Positions 42,725-45,390 of a stretch of DNA of 45,390 bases are shown in pieces. The position numbers and the translations under genes are program-made. The notes beneath the pieces are model-generated. The model was given only the letters and a program-made list of their open reading frames with translations, was not told the origin of the DNA and searched no databases. Source of the DNA: Abditibacteriaceae bacterium (GTDB taxonomy: Bacteria > Armatimonadota > Abditibacteriia > Abditibacteriales > Abditibacteriaceae); assembly GCA_031425655.1 (NCBI GenBank), contig JANPJS010000026.1, positions 1 through 45,390 on the forward strand, in the 5' to 3' direction. Numbering within the stretch: the first letter of the stretch is position 1; every line of letters starts with the position of its first letter.

Positions 42725-45340
42725 ATGCGCTTTGTATTTTCCCGATTTTCGGCCCGCTTAAGCCCAGTTTTGCTCGCTGTTTGCGTGAGTTTCGGCTCCT
42801 TCGGGCCGGTTGCGGCGCAACCCACTTTAGGTGGGGCGCCCGCCGACACGCGGCCTAAAAGCCCGTTCCCCGATTTAATTTTCGCCAATAGCCCGCTGCT
42901 TTCCGCCATCGCGCGCGGTGATGTGGCGGCGACCAAAGATTTGCTGGAAAAAAATCCCGAACTGCTGAATCAACAGCATTCCTCCGGTTATTTGCCGCTG
43001 GGCGTGGCGGCACGCATTGGCAACAAAGAACTGGTGCAACTGCTGCTCGAAAAAACCCCGGATTTGACGATGGCGGCACGCGGCGGCTCGTATGCTCCTC
43101 TTGCGATGGCGGCGCAAAGCGGCAGCAAAGAAACCGTGCAATTGCTGCTCGACAAAGGTCTCGACCTCGCCACGCACGGTTCGACGGCCATTACCAGCGC
43201 CGTAAGCGCCGGAAACAAGGAAATGATCGCCTTTTTAGTGACCAAAGGCGCCGATCTCGACAACTCGCGCAGCGGTTATTCGCCATTGCAAAGCGCGATT
43301 CAAAACGGCAACAAAGAAATGGTGGCGTTTCTGTTGGAAGCCGGCGCCAATGCCAACGGGCGCGGACGCGGCGGCGAATATTCCTCTTACAGCAGCACAT
43401 CACCGCTGATGTCGGCGGTGCAAAACGGCAACAAGGACATCGTGGCGATGTTAGTCGCCAAAGGTGCCGATATTCTCGCTCAGGTTCGCGGCGAAGGCCA
43501 ATCGGCGCTCAGTTACGCCATTTCCTCGAATCGCAAAGACATGGTCGAAGCCATGTTAGCCAAGACTATAGACCTCAACGCCAAAGACCGGCGCGGCCAA
43601 ACCGTTTTGCATACAGCGATGGCCGTTACCGGCTACGGAACCGATACCATCGAGTTGATTTTGGACAAAGGCGCCGACCCGAACGCGCGCAATCAGGCCG
43701 GGCTGACGCCGCTGCATTTGGCGGCGCAAAGTGGCAATGCGGCTGTGGTTTCGGCGCTGATGGCCCACAAAGCCGATGTCAAAGCCAAAACGCGCATGGG
43801 CGACACGCCGTTGCATCTGGCCGCCGGCGCCAATCAGGCCGCCGTTGGTTTGGCTTTGCTGGAAGCGGGCGGCGAGCCGGACGCGCGCAATTATCGCGGC
43901 GATACGCCGTTGCATCTGGCGCTGCGCGGCAAATCCAACGCGCCGGGCCGCGATACGGAAGCCGCGCAAAATTTCCGAGTCACGCTGATTAACAAAGCCG
44001 ACGTGAACAGCAAAGATCAATTCGGTTTCACGCCGCTGCAATTGGCGCTGCTGGGCCGTCAAATTTCACTGCGCGATGCGGTTTTGGCGCGCAAGCCAAA
44101 AATTGACGGCACCACGGCGGTTTTCGATGCCGCCGCGCGCAACGATGCGACCGAACTTAAAAAGCTGCTCGACGAAAAGCCGTATCTAACCTTTATGCGT
44201 TTGGCCAGCGGCATCACGCCGCTGCACGTCGCGGCGCAGTGGGGCGCCAAAGACAGCGTGGATTTGCTGCTGAAAAAATTCGCCGACCTCAACGCGCGCG
44301 ATGCCGAAGCCGTCACGCCTTTGCTGCGCGCTTTACGTCCCGACACCGGCCCGGCCAACAGCGATGCGCGCGAAATCGCCACCTTTCTATTGACTAAAGG
44401 CGCCGACCCGACTCTTGTGGACGAAAGCGACAACGGCGTTTTGCACGCCGCCGTGCAACGCGGCGACAAAGACCTCGCGGCGCTGCTGCTGGCCAAAAAA
44501 GTAGACCCCAACGTGCGCAACAAAACCAATCAAACGCCGCTGGAACTCTTGTTTCCCGGCGGCGGCGGCGAATACATTCCGCAATCGGCGCGCCGCGCCG
44601 CGTTGACCGCAACGCTGGATAAAGAAGCCGTGCGCGCCTTAGCCACGCTGCTGATCGAAAAAGGCGCCGACATCACCACCAACGACATCTCAGGCAACAC
44701 GCTGCTGATGCGCGCCGCCAGTGGGCACCAGAAAGACCTGACGACGCTGCTCATCGAAAAAGGCGCCGATGTCAACGCGCGCAACAATCAAGGCGAAACC
44801 GCGCTTTCACGTCTGGCTTCCAGCGGCTACGGGGCTACCAGCAACAGCGCGATGATAGACGTGGCCAAACTGCTGATTGAAAAAGGCGCCGATGTCAACG
44901 CCAAAACCCAATACAACGACACGCTTTTGCTGCGTGCTTTGGGCAATTCGGCCACGGATTTCGCCAAATTGCTGATCGAAAAAGGCGCCGATTTAAACGC
45001 TTCGTCACAAGGCGGCGACAATGCGCTGGTGCGTATTATTTCGTCGGGCAACAAAGAATTGCTGACGCTGGCCATCGCCAAAAAAGCGAATTTGAACGCG
45101 CGCGACGGCAGCGGCTATACGCCTCTGATGCGCGCCGCGACTAACGCCAACAAAGAAATGGTGCAAATGCTGCTCGACAACGGCGCTGACGCCAACGGCA
45201 AAATGCTGTCGGGCCACACGGTTTTGGATGTCGCCATGCGCAATCGCAACAACGAGATTATCGAACTGCTGAAAGCCGGCGGCGCCAAAGAATCGGGCCT
45301 CAAAAGTGTTCCGGGCATGAATCGCGGCGGCGACTTTTAA
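42725..45340 (+). CDS. Secreted ankyrin-repeat protein (about 20 or more repeats)
   Basis: SD AAGGAA, N-terminal signal peptide, many G.TPLH.AA..G....V..LL.KGAD.NA repeats. Confidence 0.93.
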   Translation: MRFVFSRFSARLSPVLLAVCVSFGSFGPVAAQPTLGGAPADTRPKSPFPDLIFANSPLLSAIARGDVAATKDLLEKNPELLNQQHSSGYLPLGVAARIGNKELVQLLLEKTPDLTMAARGGSYAPLAMAAQSGSKETVQLLLDKGLDLATHGSTAITSAVSAGNKEMIAFLVTKGADLDNSRSGYSPLQSAIQNGNKEMVAFLLEAGANANGRGRGGEYSSYSSTSPLMSAVQNGNKDIVAMLVAKGADILAQVRGEGQSALSYAISSNRKDMVEAMLAKTIDLNAKDRRGQTVLHTAMAVTGYGTDTIELILDKGADPNARNQAGLTPLHLAAQSGNAAVVSALMAHKADVKAKTRMGDTPLHLAAGANQAAVGLALLEAGGEPDARNYRGDTPLHLALRGKSNAPGRDTEAAQNFRVTLINKADVNSKDQFGFTPLQLALLGRQISLRDAVLARKPKIDGTTAVFDAAARNDATELKKLLDEKPYLTFMRLASGITPLHVAAQWGAKDSVDLLLKKFADLNARDAEAVTPLLRALRPDTGPANSDAREIATFLLTKGADPTLVDESDNGVLHAAVQRGDKDLAALLLAKKVDPNVRNKTNQTPLELLFPGGGGEYIPQSARRAALTATLDKEAVRALATLLIEKGADITTNDISGNTLLMRAASGHQKDLTTLLIEKGADVNARNNQGETALSRLASSGYGATSNSAMIDVAKLLIEKGADVNAKTQYNDTLLLRALGNSATDFAKLLIEKGADLNASSQGGDNALVRIISSGNKELLTLAIAKKANLNARDGSGYTPLMRAATNANKEMVQMLLDNGADANGKMLSGHTVLDVAMRNRNNEIIELLKAGGAKESGLKSVPGMNRGGDF

Positions 45341-45373
45341 AATTCACCGCAGAGGACGCCGAGGGCGCAGAGA
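45341..45373. repeat. Left arm of an ACCGCAGAG-family REP-like palindrome (cut by the window edge)
   Basis: AATTCACCGCAGAGGACGCCGAGGGCGCAGAGA matches the arms at 16582-16720. Confidence 0.75.
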
Positions 45374-45390
45374 ATCCAGACACGGAGACA

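Noticed and set aside
1..45390. rRNA, tRNA, prophage, integrase or transposase genes
   Set aside because: No recognisable motifs were found by eye; a covariance-model search would be needed to exclude small ncRNAs.

Overview
A 45 kb GC-rich bacterial chromosome segment. An Armatimonadota/Abditibacteriota-like host is inferred from the DUF1559 prepilin gene and repeat style, but cannot be confirmed here. It carries housekeeping and envelope genes: tatD, a Gfo/Idh/MocA oxidoreductase, three GT-C-type membrane glycosyltransferases, chrA, a GH15 hydrolase, recQ, trxB plus an FNR paralogue, aroA, selB, an L,D-transpeptidase, a cyclophilin and a secreted ankyrin protein. The most notable block (about 21.7-32.4 kb, all + strand) encodes an orphan membrane-anchored solute-binding protein, a LOV-domain hybrid histidine kinase, two unknown helical proteins, a PspA/IM30 (ESCRT-III-like) protein, a classical-clade AAA+ ATPase and a WD40-Roc-COR-Zn-ribbon protein ending in a class III nucleotide cyclase domain with intact motifs. 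This is a candidate membrane-remodelling/stress or immunity signalling system. Intergenic DNA is rich in palindromic repeats of several families: 7/8-mer tandem-repeat hairpins (one family brackets a four-helix-bundle gene and supplies its RBS and ATG), REP/MITE-like hairpins, two repeats sitting in frame inside a glycosyltransferase, and an identical 19-bp motif interrupting two unrelated repeat families. Several genes look leaderless (-10 box 7-8 nt before the ATG). No rRNA, tRNA, CRISPR array, transposase or integrase was recognised.
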